Assembly (NCBI GenBank): GCA_964016885.1
Contig: OZ024756.1
Coordinates: 40,052,001-40,116,000, forward strand
Origin: Eledone cirrhosa
Lineage: Eukaryota
Reading direction: 5' to 3'
Length of the DNA: 64,000 nucleotides
This document shows, in pieces, positions 12,865 to 24,500 of this stretch. A model generated the notes under the pieces. That model had not been told where the DNA came from and did no database searches. It worked only from the letters and a program-made list of their open reading frames with translations. The stretch's first letter is position 1, and the number at the start of each line of letters is the position of its first letter. A program made the position numbers and the translations under genes.

Positions 12865-13160
12865 TGATTGCCTTCTCCCACTTTGTCCCCTCGACCCTCA
12901 CCGGAATAAGTCCTCAAACACTCCTTCCAGCAGGTCCTGTCAGAAGTAACAATCCCCAAGCGAAACAAGCCAAGCTCATGGATATTATCCAACCATCTTG
13001 CTCAGGGTCTACTCTTGGGTCTCCTGCCGGTTGGTTTTGCCTGTAAAATCTGTCCAGCAATTCTTTCCTGAGACATGCCTCAGAGCTGTGAGAACATGTA
13101 TCCAGCAATTCTTTCCTGAGAACATGTATCAGAGCTGTGATTTCTCAATTCAGAGATTCT
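12865..13160 (-). mobile_element. RTE-clade LINE 3' fragment
   Basis: Inverted homolog of 15045..15390. Broken frames resemble the RTE C-terminus (SQLRYYGHV.RM..ERI....L......RP.GRP..RW.D). Confidence 0.7.
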
Positions 13161-14321
13161 AACCACATTAACTGTGAAGATTAAATAAACATAATACAAA
13201 TAAAAAGTTATGGAGTTGAATACCTCTGATAAATATGTGTTAGAATATTATCAAACACACCCCTAGCAGCTCAATAATTAATAACTGACACACAACTAAA
13301 TGGATGAGAAACATTGACAAGTGAATGTATTTACATTCTCGATTATATCTTAGATCCTTTCTATAATTAAGGTTGATAATAATGAATTCTGTGAATTGAG
13401 AGATCACAGCTCCGATACTATGGATATGTTGTTAGAATGTCACAGGAAAGAATCTCGTATGAACGAATGGACGAAACACATGAATTATAAGCTGGTTGAT
13501 GAATAGGAAGCAGATCCAGTTGTAGAAAACCTGCAAAATAAAAGATCTGGAGGATTCTTCAGTTGTGTGAAAGACATGACAACCTTCTTACAAATTGGAT
13601 ATAATTAGAATTTTTTTTTTTTAAATAAAAGAAACCAGATTTCTTGAAGCTTTATAATACATTTATTTGAAATCTTTACAAATGATGAGATGGTAAAAGT
13701 ATTAAAACTATGGCAACAAAATTTACAACATGAGAAGAAAATAAATCAACAATTGTTGAACATCACAATTTGTTTTCAGTTTTGGGATGGTGTGGTAAAA
13801 AATGTAAATATCTGGTATTTCATGTTGAAAGTGAGATAACAGATTCTGGTGCTGTACTTTAACTGGAATTGCTTTGAAGTTATTGATCAGAGATTCTGTT
13901 TTGTTTTGTTTTTTCAAATGTCTTAGATTTCTGCTACACTATCCAGATGGTAACCTTATATTTCTATTAACTCATCACACTATTTCTGTTGTATGAATAT
14001 ACACCAGGTCCGAACACAGAAGATATAGGATATTTTGAAGTTAATATATCCAAAATTGAAAGTTAATGCAATGTTTTTAAAAGAAAACAAAAATATATAT
14101 ATTTCGTTGCTACATTAAGAAATTTTAGTTTAATTTGCATAAGTTATTCAGAACAGTAAGATAAAATAGTATTTTAAAAAAATAGTAATTTTATTATTAA
14201 ACTCAAATAACTTAAACAATATTAATTTACAAAACTGTTTGTAGTTTGTTTTATATTCTTTAAAAGTCAATATTTTTTCAAATTTATTTTATTTCTCTTA
14301 TGAATAAAAATGATAATAATA

Positions 14322-14480
14322 ATTTCTGATTTAGGCACGAAGCCAACAATTTTTTTTGGGGGGGGAGTGGAAAGTCGAAATCGACCCCAGTGCATTACTG
14401 GTGCTTTATTTATCGACCCCGTAAGGATGAAAGGCAAAGCTAACCTCGGCGGGATTTGAACTCAGAACGTAAAGGGCTGT
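14322..14480 (-). mobile_element. tRNA-derived SINE with Meta/MESC-like core
   Basis: Reverse complement of GAGTTCAAATCCCGCCGAGGTTAGCTTTGCCTTTCATCCTTACGGGGTCGATAAA. At least 12 copies occur in the window. Confidence 0.75.
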
Positions 14481-15044
14481 ATGATGATAATAATAACAAT
14501 AATGATTATGGTACTGATGAAACCACCAAGTATTTCAATTTTAAATCTAAACAAAATATTTATGGGTAAACAATTCTAAAGATTTTTGTTTTTATTTGTG
14601 GCTTTCTGTTCTCTTGATCTTTCATTGTGATTGAAAGTGGCCAAATTCTGCCACCATAGACTGGGCTAGCTATTGAAAATATTAATAGCAAGCCTTATTG
14701 ATATTTTTTGGTAGCAGGATCTCTGCTTCCACTTAATCATACAGTATGCCACATTTCTTCTTTTAGTTCTTTATATGAATATACATCAGCATATTTTAAT
14801 AATTTATAAATAAATAAGGAATTGATATGATAAGCAGCTTAATAACAGTCCCCTCCCCCATATAATTAATACTGTAGTAAAGAATAAGAGTTAAATATCC
14901 CTAAAATTTAAAGCCTACTTCTTACTACAGCTACTCTTAGCAACTACAATACATTAATTGATAAAGCAATAAAATCTTTGGAATTTTTATTTTTTTACTA
15001 ATTTTATAAATCAAGCTTGAAATGGGATTCCTCCACCAAAGGGT

Positions 15045-15390
15045 CTTTGGAGTAACATTCGATCGAGTGCATAGCTTGGAGATCAGAGAGTCACTCCAGT
15101 TAGAGCCGCTACTTCTCCGAATTGAGAGATCACAGCTCTGATACTATGGACATGAGGTTAGAATGTCTCAGGAAAGAATTACTGGACAGATTTTATGAGC
15201 AAAACCAACTGACAGGAGACCCAGGGGTAGTCCCCGAGTTAGATGGTTGGATAACATCCATGAGTTTGGCTGGTCACACCAGCCAGATCAGATGGAGACG
15301 GTTGCTTCTGACAGGACCAGCTGGAAGGAGTGTTTGAGGACTCTGTCCCCCACAACCCTCTCAGAAATAAGTGAGTGAAGAAGAAGGCTT
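15045..15390 (+). mobile_element. RTE-clade LINE 3' fragment
   Basis: Homologous to 12865..13160 (inverted) and to a short piece at ~13395..13455. The track ORFs share CLRKELLDRFY.QNQ..GDP. Confidence 0.7.
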
Positions 15391-16892
15391 AAAATCTAGA
15401 AAAATGTTTCTATCATAATTATTTGTGGTGTATAGTAAGCTTAGAAGAAAGCAACATAAATAAATAACAGTAAGAGAGAGATTTCTAAGTTATTTGAATA
15501 TACTTAATTATGATTATTAAAACATCCCCGTATTATTATTTATATATTTTGGCTCACAGGGCAGATCTTAAGCCCTTTTAAATCTCAATCCCAAGTTAAC
15601 TTCACTATAATTCTGATCTGATTATCATTTCAAAGCTGATTATAAGTTCATACAAACTTCAATACTTTTGTCTTTTTCTGTCATCTCCTGTAAAGGATAC
15701 AAGAAAGGCTATTTATGTAAAAACCTTATATATATATCTCGTCAAATATACTATATTATAGTTGATATTTTGAGAAACATCTACAACATGAAGTTGGTAC
15801 ATCTCTCTCTATCACATATTACTAAGTTCAATCATTCACCTGACCCATCTTATCAGGTTCTACCATTCTAGGAGTATATCTTTCCTTGAAATAAATGAGT
15901 AGAAATAACCCTAACTCAAAACAGATTTAATAGACATAGTAATTATAGAAGTAGAATTACTGGGTGTCGATTACAATTTCCAAACAACACTAGATACTAA
16001 TTTCTCATTTGAAATTATAATCCATTTCTTTAAAGGTTTCATAACAGGTAAAATAAAAGGAAATTGGCATACATTTAAAATCTTGATTCCTTTGTTCTCT
16101 CAGAAAACTATATAGAAAATAATTGTTTTTTTTTGCTTTTATGTTTGTTGTTTGTTTGTTTCAAACATCACAAAATTTTGTCAAATAATGACTTTTAAAA
16201 ATATTTTTAACAATAATATTTATTTTGGACTTAACTTCAACAATAATATTATAAAAGAACCATAATATTCTCATAAAATTTTATTAAAAACAAAAAAAAT
16301 TCATTTAGAATTTAAACATGATAAAAAATATTAAATTGTGTAGCAGCTAAAACAACAACATCAACAACAAAAATGGATAAAATAGACATTTGGCTTGCTA
16401 GTTTATTACCCAGCTTGGAAGGTTATGTAGTGAGCAAAATAGAATGGTTTAAAATGCATGTTTCTGCTATATATATATGTATATATATATATATATATAT
16501 ATCACAACTATTTTAACAGAATAGCTCCTTCTGTAAGATATTCCATTTCTAATTGTTTAGCTGCAGCACAACCATATTTTGTTATTTAAAAAAAAAAATT
16601 AATGGCATGAAATTAAATCAAGTACAAGAATTGTATTTGAGGAAATATGAAAATACCACTATGTAAAAATAGTAAGAAATTTCTAACTAATATGCAATTC
16701 ATGTACTAATGTTGTAGTTGGTGATATTAAATAATGAGGCTGTTGTTGGTTTATTTTGAAAATAATAGTCCACCAAAAAATAGCTGTGAACCAAGAGTAT
16801 ATATATTATATTTTATATAATTTTCATGATGACACTTGAGATGGTTAGCTTCATGAATTTGTAATTTAGCTAGATCAGAAATTAAGAAAAGA

Positions 16893-16931
16893 GTCTTAAC
16901 GTTTTGGACACCAGTCCTTCATCAGAAGATA
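16893..16931 (-). ncRNA. Minimal type-I hammerhead-like motif, probably inactive (GAAA changed to AAAA)
   Basis: TCTT-CTGATGA-A-GGAC tggt GTCC-AAAA-CGTT-AAGA. Confidence 0.55.
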
Positions 16932-18310
16932 GAGTTAGAAATAGAAGATAAATAGAAAGTAAAGAGTGATTAGAGAAAGGAACAGGGAAAATGAGAAAAA
17001 AAACTATACGTGCGTGTTCAGTCGGCAATCTATTAGATAGTGAAATCAAGGGGCCAATTAATTTTACAAGTATTATTTTCACAAACTTGTCAACAATATT
17101 GAGGAAAGAGAGAGAGAGAATGGAAATAAGTTAATAAACCAGGGATAAAGTACGTTGAACAAAAGTGTATTATACTTTCTAGATTTCCACCTGAAATATC
17201 ATCTACTTAATTCATCTGTTATCATAAATGCCTCAACAGATGCTTTCTTTTTCTATGTTGTTATTGGTTGGACAAATTTTCTATGGAACATACCACCTCA
17301 CATGTCAATCATTATGAGGAGGAGCAACATCCTCAATTCTGATCTCACATATGTATATATATTATTTTCTGGCTTGTATGTGTATTATATAGTACATGTT
17401 TGGTTATATGGGAGTTTACCAATATATATCCTAGGAAAGATGATAGAAGCTCTATGCTAATCAGTATTCTTCGCCCAGGAGTAACCGAAAAAGACTGAGG
17501 TAGATTTTGCTATAGACTGTTAGGGCACGGACTGCAGAGTTCAATATATATATATTAGCGGGAAGAGTTTATAAGCTATTGAATATTTCTACATAGAAGT
17601 CAAGTGAATGCAAAAGGTCAAGACACTTGCTCTACAATAAAAGTAAAATTTCCAGCTTTTAATTTTGAACATTAATTAATTTCCAATCAATGAAGATCAA
17701 TATGTATCCACAATATCAGTAAATGAAAAACATTTTTTTAACTAAGAATATAAATATAATATATCAATCCTGGTAAATTTTAAGTTTGTTTTATAAAACT
17801 GAAAGAAACCCACAACAGTGTTAAACTTGAAGTGAAAGACAGGACATTTGTTAGGGTAAATTAAATATTTAATTACCAAAAAAAAAAAAACAAATAATAA
17901 AAATAAAAACTGTAAAAAATAACATTTTAAAATTTTAATATAAAAATTATCAATTTATCTTCAAAATTATTAAAAGAAAAAATATTTAGTTGTTTATTTT
18001 TTTCTCTCCTACAATCTTTCTTTTCCATGGAATGTGGTTAAAGGTTTTTTATTGTACTGTCTTAATGATAGATGTTGTGTTCAATACCTAGGAGTGGTGT
18101 TTGTTGTATGATTTGTCAATTCTAGGGTCTTCATGTTTTGTTTGTACTGATTAAACAAATCAGAAATGAAGATATAGTATTCTTTAGTTTAAATGAAGCT
18201 TGTTGCCAACCTAAACACATACATTGTATTGCAGTCCACAGATAGAAACAACCCCACTGAAGATCCACCCTATCAATCCCCAACACCTTCAATACCATAA
18301 TACCATTGAC

Positions 18311-18373
18311 TCATTTAAAACCTAGACCCTCATCCTTGCCTCTCTCAGTTTTGCGCTCCATAATCTGCTGTGC
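18311..18373 (-). CDS. NSF: Candidate alternative terminal exon of NSF (AQQIMERKTERGKDEGLGFK*)
   Basis: Strong acceptor ttttatctgtttcccag, phase 0 matching the exon-21 donor at 22561, open to TGA, and a DEG motif as in exon 22. Confidence 0.5.
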   Translation of the reverse strand, partial: AQQIMERKTERGKDEGLGFK

Positions 18374-19088
18374 CTGGGAAACAGATAAAAGTTTGGATAA
18401 GGTTTAGATTTAAATATCAATCATTATATGAAAAAAAAAAGTTTTCAAAAGTTGGATATAGATTGCAAATTCAATCTCAAGATGGCGATCAATTTCAATA
18501 GATGTGAATCATCCATCTTACGTGTAATCTTTACGCTTTATATCAACATACCAGTTTAAAATAGAGCTGTAATATGAACATCTGTATGACAAATCCCAGG
18601 CTGAATGGTGGAGGACTTTTACTTAAAAAGTTAAACAAAGAAAAAAGTCATCATTAATTGATTGTGATCACACTTCTGGCAACAGCCAAGTTATATATTT
18701 TACTTGGGGGACATCAAGTCGGGCAAGATTAGAAAGAGAGAGAGAGCAATACTCTGTTTAGCCAAGTTATATACTATACTTGTGGAATCTATTTCCATCA
18801 AATCAGGCAAGATCTGTTTAGCCATGATGACATGGTATATTAACTAAAGCACATTCAGCTGCTAGTTTGATACCCAAATGACAAATCTGCCAAAATACCT
18901 TCATTGCAATAGTTAAAGCTAATAAACCTCCAGAACTGACCATCACATCAAAATACTTTCTTTTATAATAGGGTTGAAAAAAAAAAGATAAACAGCAACC
19001 TATTTGAGAAATGTTTAACCTTTTAGCATTTAAACCAGCCAGAATTCTCTCACTTCTTTCAGTTAAGAACTAAGAAGAAATATCCAAT

Positions 19089-19306
19089 TTAACCCTTTAG
19101 CATTTAAACTGGCCATATCCGGCCAGAATTTTGTCACCTCTTTCTGTTCAAACTGGCCGAAACCGGCCACCCATACTAGTGTTAAGGTATTGTTCTCAAA
19201 ATAATATTGAATCTATTAGATTTTGATATTATTTATGTGAGATACAGCCTTTACCGTGAAAATACAATAGTATATATATAGAGTAATGTAAATGCTAAAG
19301 AGTTAA
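19089..19306 (+). mobile_element. piggyBac-like MITE (~215 bp)
   Basis: TTAA|CCCTTTAGCATTTA ... TAAATGCTAAAGAG|TTAA, i.e. terminal inverted repeats with TTAA target duplication. Confidence 0.8.
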
Positions 19307-19646
19307 CATAATCACTATTTGAAGAAGAATATTTTGAAGAATTGTCTTTGTATTAATTATTGCTGGTGTCTTTCATACATTTTCAAATGTCTTTGTAATT
19401 CTGTTTTGCATAGTAAGATTGTTACAAAAACCCTTCTTCAATACCACCCAACTTCAATACACCTGATTTTCTGGGGCTTTCAAATAATTTTCAATCAGCA
19501 ACTATTTCAAATTAATTTGACATGTTCAAGTCTTGCTTTAAATTCAGAAGAGTTTTATTGTTTTATTTTTATTTTATTTACGTGTTGGTTTTATTATGTT
19601 TTTTTTTTTTTTTTCTTTGTAGTTTTGAGTGTATTATTAGTTTTTG

Positions 19647-19649
<3 letters not shown>

Positions 19650-19696
<47 letters not shown>

Positions 19697-19966
19697 ATAT
19701 ATGTATATATATATGTATATATATATATGTATATATGTATATATATATATATATATACATATTTTGAATATGACTGAGCAGATGTAGAATTTTGTTATAT
19801 ATATATATATATATATATGTTATATTATACATATATATATTATATACATATGTATAAGTTTCTGTATAATATATATATATACATATATATATTAATACAT
19901 ATGTATAAGTTTCTGTATTATATATATATACCATATATATATTATATACATATGTTTAAGTTTCTG

Positions 19967-20006
<40 letters not shown>

Positions 20007-20035
20007 CATATATATAAGTTTTTGTATAATATATA
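19650..20035. repeat. (TA)n-rich compound repeat with recurring CATATGTATAAGTTTCTGTATAA
   Basis: Direct reading. Confidence 0.85.
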
Positions 20036-20278
20036 AATTATTCATATGTATAAGATCTGTTTTAGTTCAGAACTACCTGTTAAGCCATATCAACAACAAC
20101 AAAAAATAATTTCTTTGCATATATTTTGTTTGAAATATTTAAATATTATAGAGAAAGGCTTTACATTCTCAACATTGATATATTAATGTAAAAAGTGGGT
20201 TGAGTGAAAACTACCAAATTAATTAATAATATTTGCAATATTTGCAAATTGTGCAATATATAATATCTACAGGCCTAT

Positions 20279-20329
<51 letters not shown>

Positions 20330-20482
20330 CACTCATACATATATATATATATACACACACATGCATACGTACACACATTGTTTTATATGGAATTCAATAT
20401 TGTGAAAGTAATAGCTCAAAAATGTACAATTGTGTCTGAATGAGGCATGAACTATCAACATCATAGGGAGGGTTGCAATGGG

Positions 20483-20534
<52 letters not shown>

Positions 20535-21537
20535 GGTGATTTTGAGAAACAATTTAACTCAGAAATGGGAACTGAATGACAGATTGATTTTAAGGAAAAC
20601 ATTTTTTTTTTAATTAAAAAAAATTGATTTTAAATAGAGTGATATGCTAGATTTAGTGAACAAGGTTAAATTTAGTGTCACAAGTGAAAGTCATTTGACT
20701 AAACTTAATAAAATATAGATCTGAATAGGGAGAGAGAGAAATTGGATTAGCAGAATCGTTAGTGCATCAGATGAAATGCTTTGTGGCATTTAGTTACAGC
20801 CCTTTACATTCCAAGTTCAAATCTTACCAGGGTCTATTTTGCCTTTTGTCCTTCCAGAGTTGATCTGATAAAGTACCAGTGAAGTAGTTCAACATTAGAA
20901 TTGCAATTCAGAACAAAGTATTGGAACTCTACTACCTCCACCTTTTCACTGCCTAATAACAACACTAAAAATAATAATAATTAGAAAACTAACCTTGGTG
21001 GGGTTTGAACTCAGGATCTAGAGAGACATAACTAAATACTGTCGCCATAGAAACTTAACAATTCTTTCTAATTTATGCACAAGGCTAACAATTTAGAGGA
21101 AAGAGAAAGTAGGTTACATTGATCCCAGTTCATGACTGGTAGGCCTTCACAACCCCAATATATGACTGGTATTTATTTTATAAACACTAGAAATATTAAA
21201 AGCAAAGATCCCTCTATCCTGCCCCCAACAAGCTAGATTTTAATACAGAATATAGATTTAAACATTGAAATACTGCAAAGTAGTTTCTCTAAAGATCTAC
21301 CGATTCTGCCACTTCATCGTTATAACTTCTCTCTTTAATCCCCAAACAGAAAATGGAGAACAACTGAGAATGATGAACAAACCTGAGATGTTATAAAATA
21401 GAGCTCAAATTAAAAAAAAAAAGAAATTAAATTAAAATAACGAATAAAAATACTGAAGATGAAAATAAAAATAACTTAAGAGCAGAAGCTCAGAAAATTA
21501 AATGTTAACAATAGTTATGTGAAGCACCTCTTTATTT

Positions 21538-24500
21538 TTACATATTGTCCAAGAACATGCATCCTTCATCTTCAAAGCGATGTAGAAGTTGTACAAGTCG
21601 TTCTTTTTCATCAACCTGAAATATAGAAAAAAATAAGGACTAGAATAATGAATTGGAATGGATCTCAGTCACTTTCAACGATGAGTAGTGTTCTAGTTGT
21701 TCAATCAATGAAACAGTCTACTCAAGAAATTAACATGTAAGTGGCTGAACATTCCACAGACATCTGTGCCCTTAATGTAATTCTCAGGGAGATTCGGTGT
21801 GACATGGGTGGACCTTTAAATTAAAGGTACAGTCCATCTGACGGGCTTCCAAACAGTTTCTGTCTACCCAGTTTCACTCACAAGGAATGTGTTGATCCAT
21901 GACTAAGGCTATGATAAACGACACTTGCCCAAGATGACAGACAATGGAACTTGGGATCTTTTGATTGTGAAGAAAACTCCTTAACCATATGGCCATGCTG
22001 TGTACACAGAATAAAAAATATACAAGGTGAAACCATGCCCTAAAGATTAATGGCTGATTTGAGAATATTCTGAACTTGTGGCCATTCTGTCTACAGACTC
22101 TGTTGATGATATTTGTCTGAGGTTTGGTTATTTATTTTAAAGGAACTTGATTTTTGTATCAAGCCTTTCAACGTGTATATTGTCATTTTCCTGCATATGT
22201 CAATAGTTGGGTATGAAATGCCAGTAATATAGTTAGGAGACTGGTTACGGTGGATTCATTAATCACTCAGCAATTTAACCTCTTCAGTGCTGTAGATGAG
22301 ATAACTCATCCTAACATGTTTGAACTCCTTTCCAAGTTATGAACTCGTTTTCAACAGTTCATAACTTCAAAGTTATGAACTCCTTTCCAACAGTTCATAA
22401 CTTCAAAGCTAGATGGAGTTACTAGTTTATTGATATGAAGTTTATCAATCAAAATAATCATTTTACTGAAAAAAAAAACCAGGCACAGCAACTGTAGCTG
22501 TGTAAAATATACGTGACAGTCAACAGGTTAAAGATCCCCGACTATAAACATTTCACTTACCTGCCTAGCAAACTCTGCAATCATCAATAATTTCTTGATA
22601 GGTAAATGGAATCTAAAGGAAAAAAATAAAAAGGTTAATTTTAATTCTAAGTTGAAAAAGAAAAAAATCCAATCTCCTCAGGTCATAACTTTTATGTATT
22701 TATTTACAATACTTTAAAACCTTTCAGATTGGCAAACATGATAACAGTTGTGAAGTTTATATATTCCATCCATATATAAATTTGAATGACTGTCTGTCCG
22801 TCTGTCACTCAATATGTGTATTTGTGTGAATATATGTCTGTGAGTGTGTATTTCTGTGTGTCTGTCTGTCCATTTATATTTATATACTCATACATGCATC
22901 AGTGTGGTGAAAAAAATTCTAGTGATAAAAAAATGGAAAAGCAAAGTAATAAGAGACAAACCTTCTGTCACTGATTCGGTTCCTGATCTTTTCCATGTCA
23001 TTTGTATTGAATATTTCCAACTCTTGTAAAGCCAACATAACATGATCTGGTTTTGTCAAAACTGATACATGTTGGTTAGCCATGAAAGCATTTAACATTC
23101 CCATCTCAGTAAGGACATCTTTCAGGCCAGTTGTTCCAAATATGAGAAGACGCCGGCCCTGTAAATCATAAAGACAATATTAAGAAAAAGTTCTGTTGCT
23201 CGGGTCACTCGACAAACACTTCCTACTTAATCTCCAGTAGTTTCTGAGATAACAAAAAAAAAACAGACACTGAAGCAACCAATCAAATATATTTATTTGG
23301 TAATAACAACAGTATTTAATATTTTATGGCTAAGTATGTTAGTGTGGCCGATGGTAACACAACCAGTGAGAGTGGCGGTTGAGGGTAACATAACCAGTGG
23401 TACTGATTGTGGAATGAACAAAAATAAATAAACAAACATATAAAAGGTTTACTAACCATAGGAGGACATCTTTTGAGTAAGACCAGGAGACATTGTAGTA
23501 CATTGTTGGAGAATCTTGGACCAATTGCCACATAGTCTATAGAGCAGAAAGAGAGAAAAATATAAATATATGTTGTTATATTTATCATTATTTCTACTGG
23601 AGTGTGTGTAAATATGTAGGTGTGTAAATATATAAGTGTGTAAATATATAGGTGTGTAAATATATAGGTGTGTAGATATGTAGGTGTGCAGATATGTAGG
23701 TGTGTAAATATATAGGTGTATAAATATATAGGTGTGTAGATATATAGGTGTATAAATATATAGGTGTGTAGATATGTAGGTGTGTAGGTGTGTAAATATA
23801 TAGGTGTGTAGATATGTAGGTGTGTAAATATATAGGTGTGTAAATATATAGGTATGTAGATATGTAGGTGTGTAGATATATAGGTGTGTAAGTATATAGG
23901 TGTGTAGATATGTAGGTGTGTAGATATGTCACCCCACAGACAAAAAGGGAAAGAAAGAAGAATATAAATCCTTACCAATTATTCTCTCAATGTCATCGAG
24001 AAGAATGCAGCTGAGTGGTGACTTGTAAGCATCTTCAAACATCTACAAACAGAATATCACAGCATCACATATTTTAGTGATTGATGTAGTAATTGATGTA
24101 GTCACACATATACCCCCTCCTCCTGTGTACTTGAGAGGGGAGGGGAGAGTGATGGAGATGGAGAGATAGGAGAGGGTGAGTGGGAGAGGAATAGAGATAG
24201 GGGGGGGGGTGAGGAATAGAGATAGGAGAAGGGGAGAGAGAGGAATAGAGATGGGGAGAGGAATAGAGATAGAGGAGGGGGAGAGGCAGAGAAATAGGGG
24301 AGGGTAAGAGGAATAGAGAGAGAATGGGGGAGTGACAGAGAGAGTGTAAGAGGGAGAAGAATAGAGAGAAAATAGGGGAGTGAGAGAGAGAGAAGGGAAG
24401 AGATAGTAATACCATCGAGAAATACTCACCTTTCGAATGTATTGAACTTTGGCCATTTCACTATAACCAATCATTTGTTCAGGAGAACAGATCTTGACGA

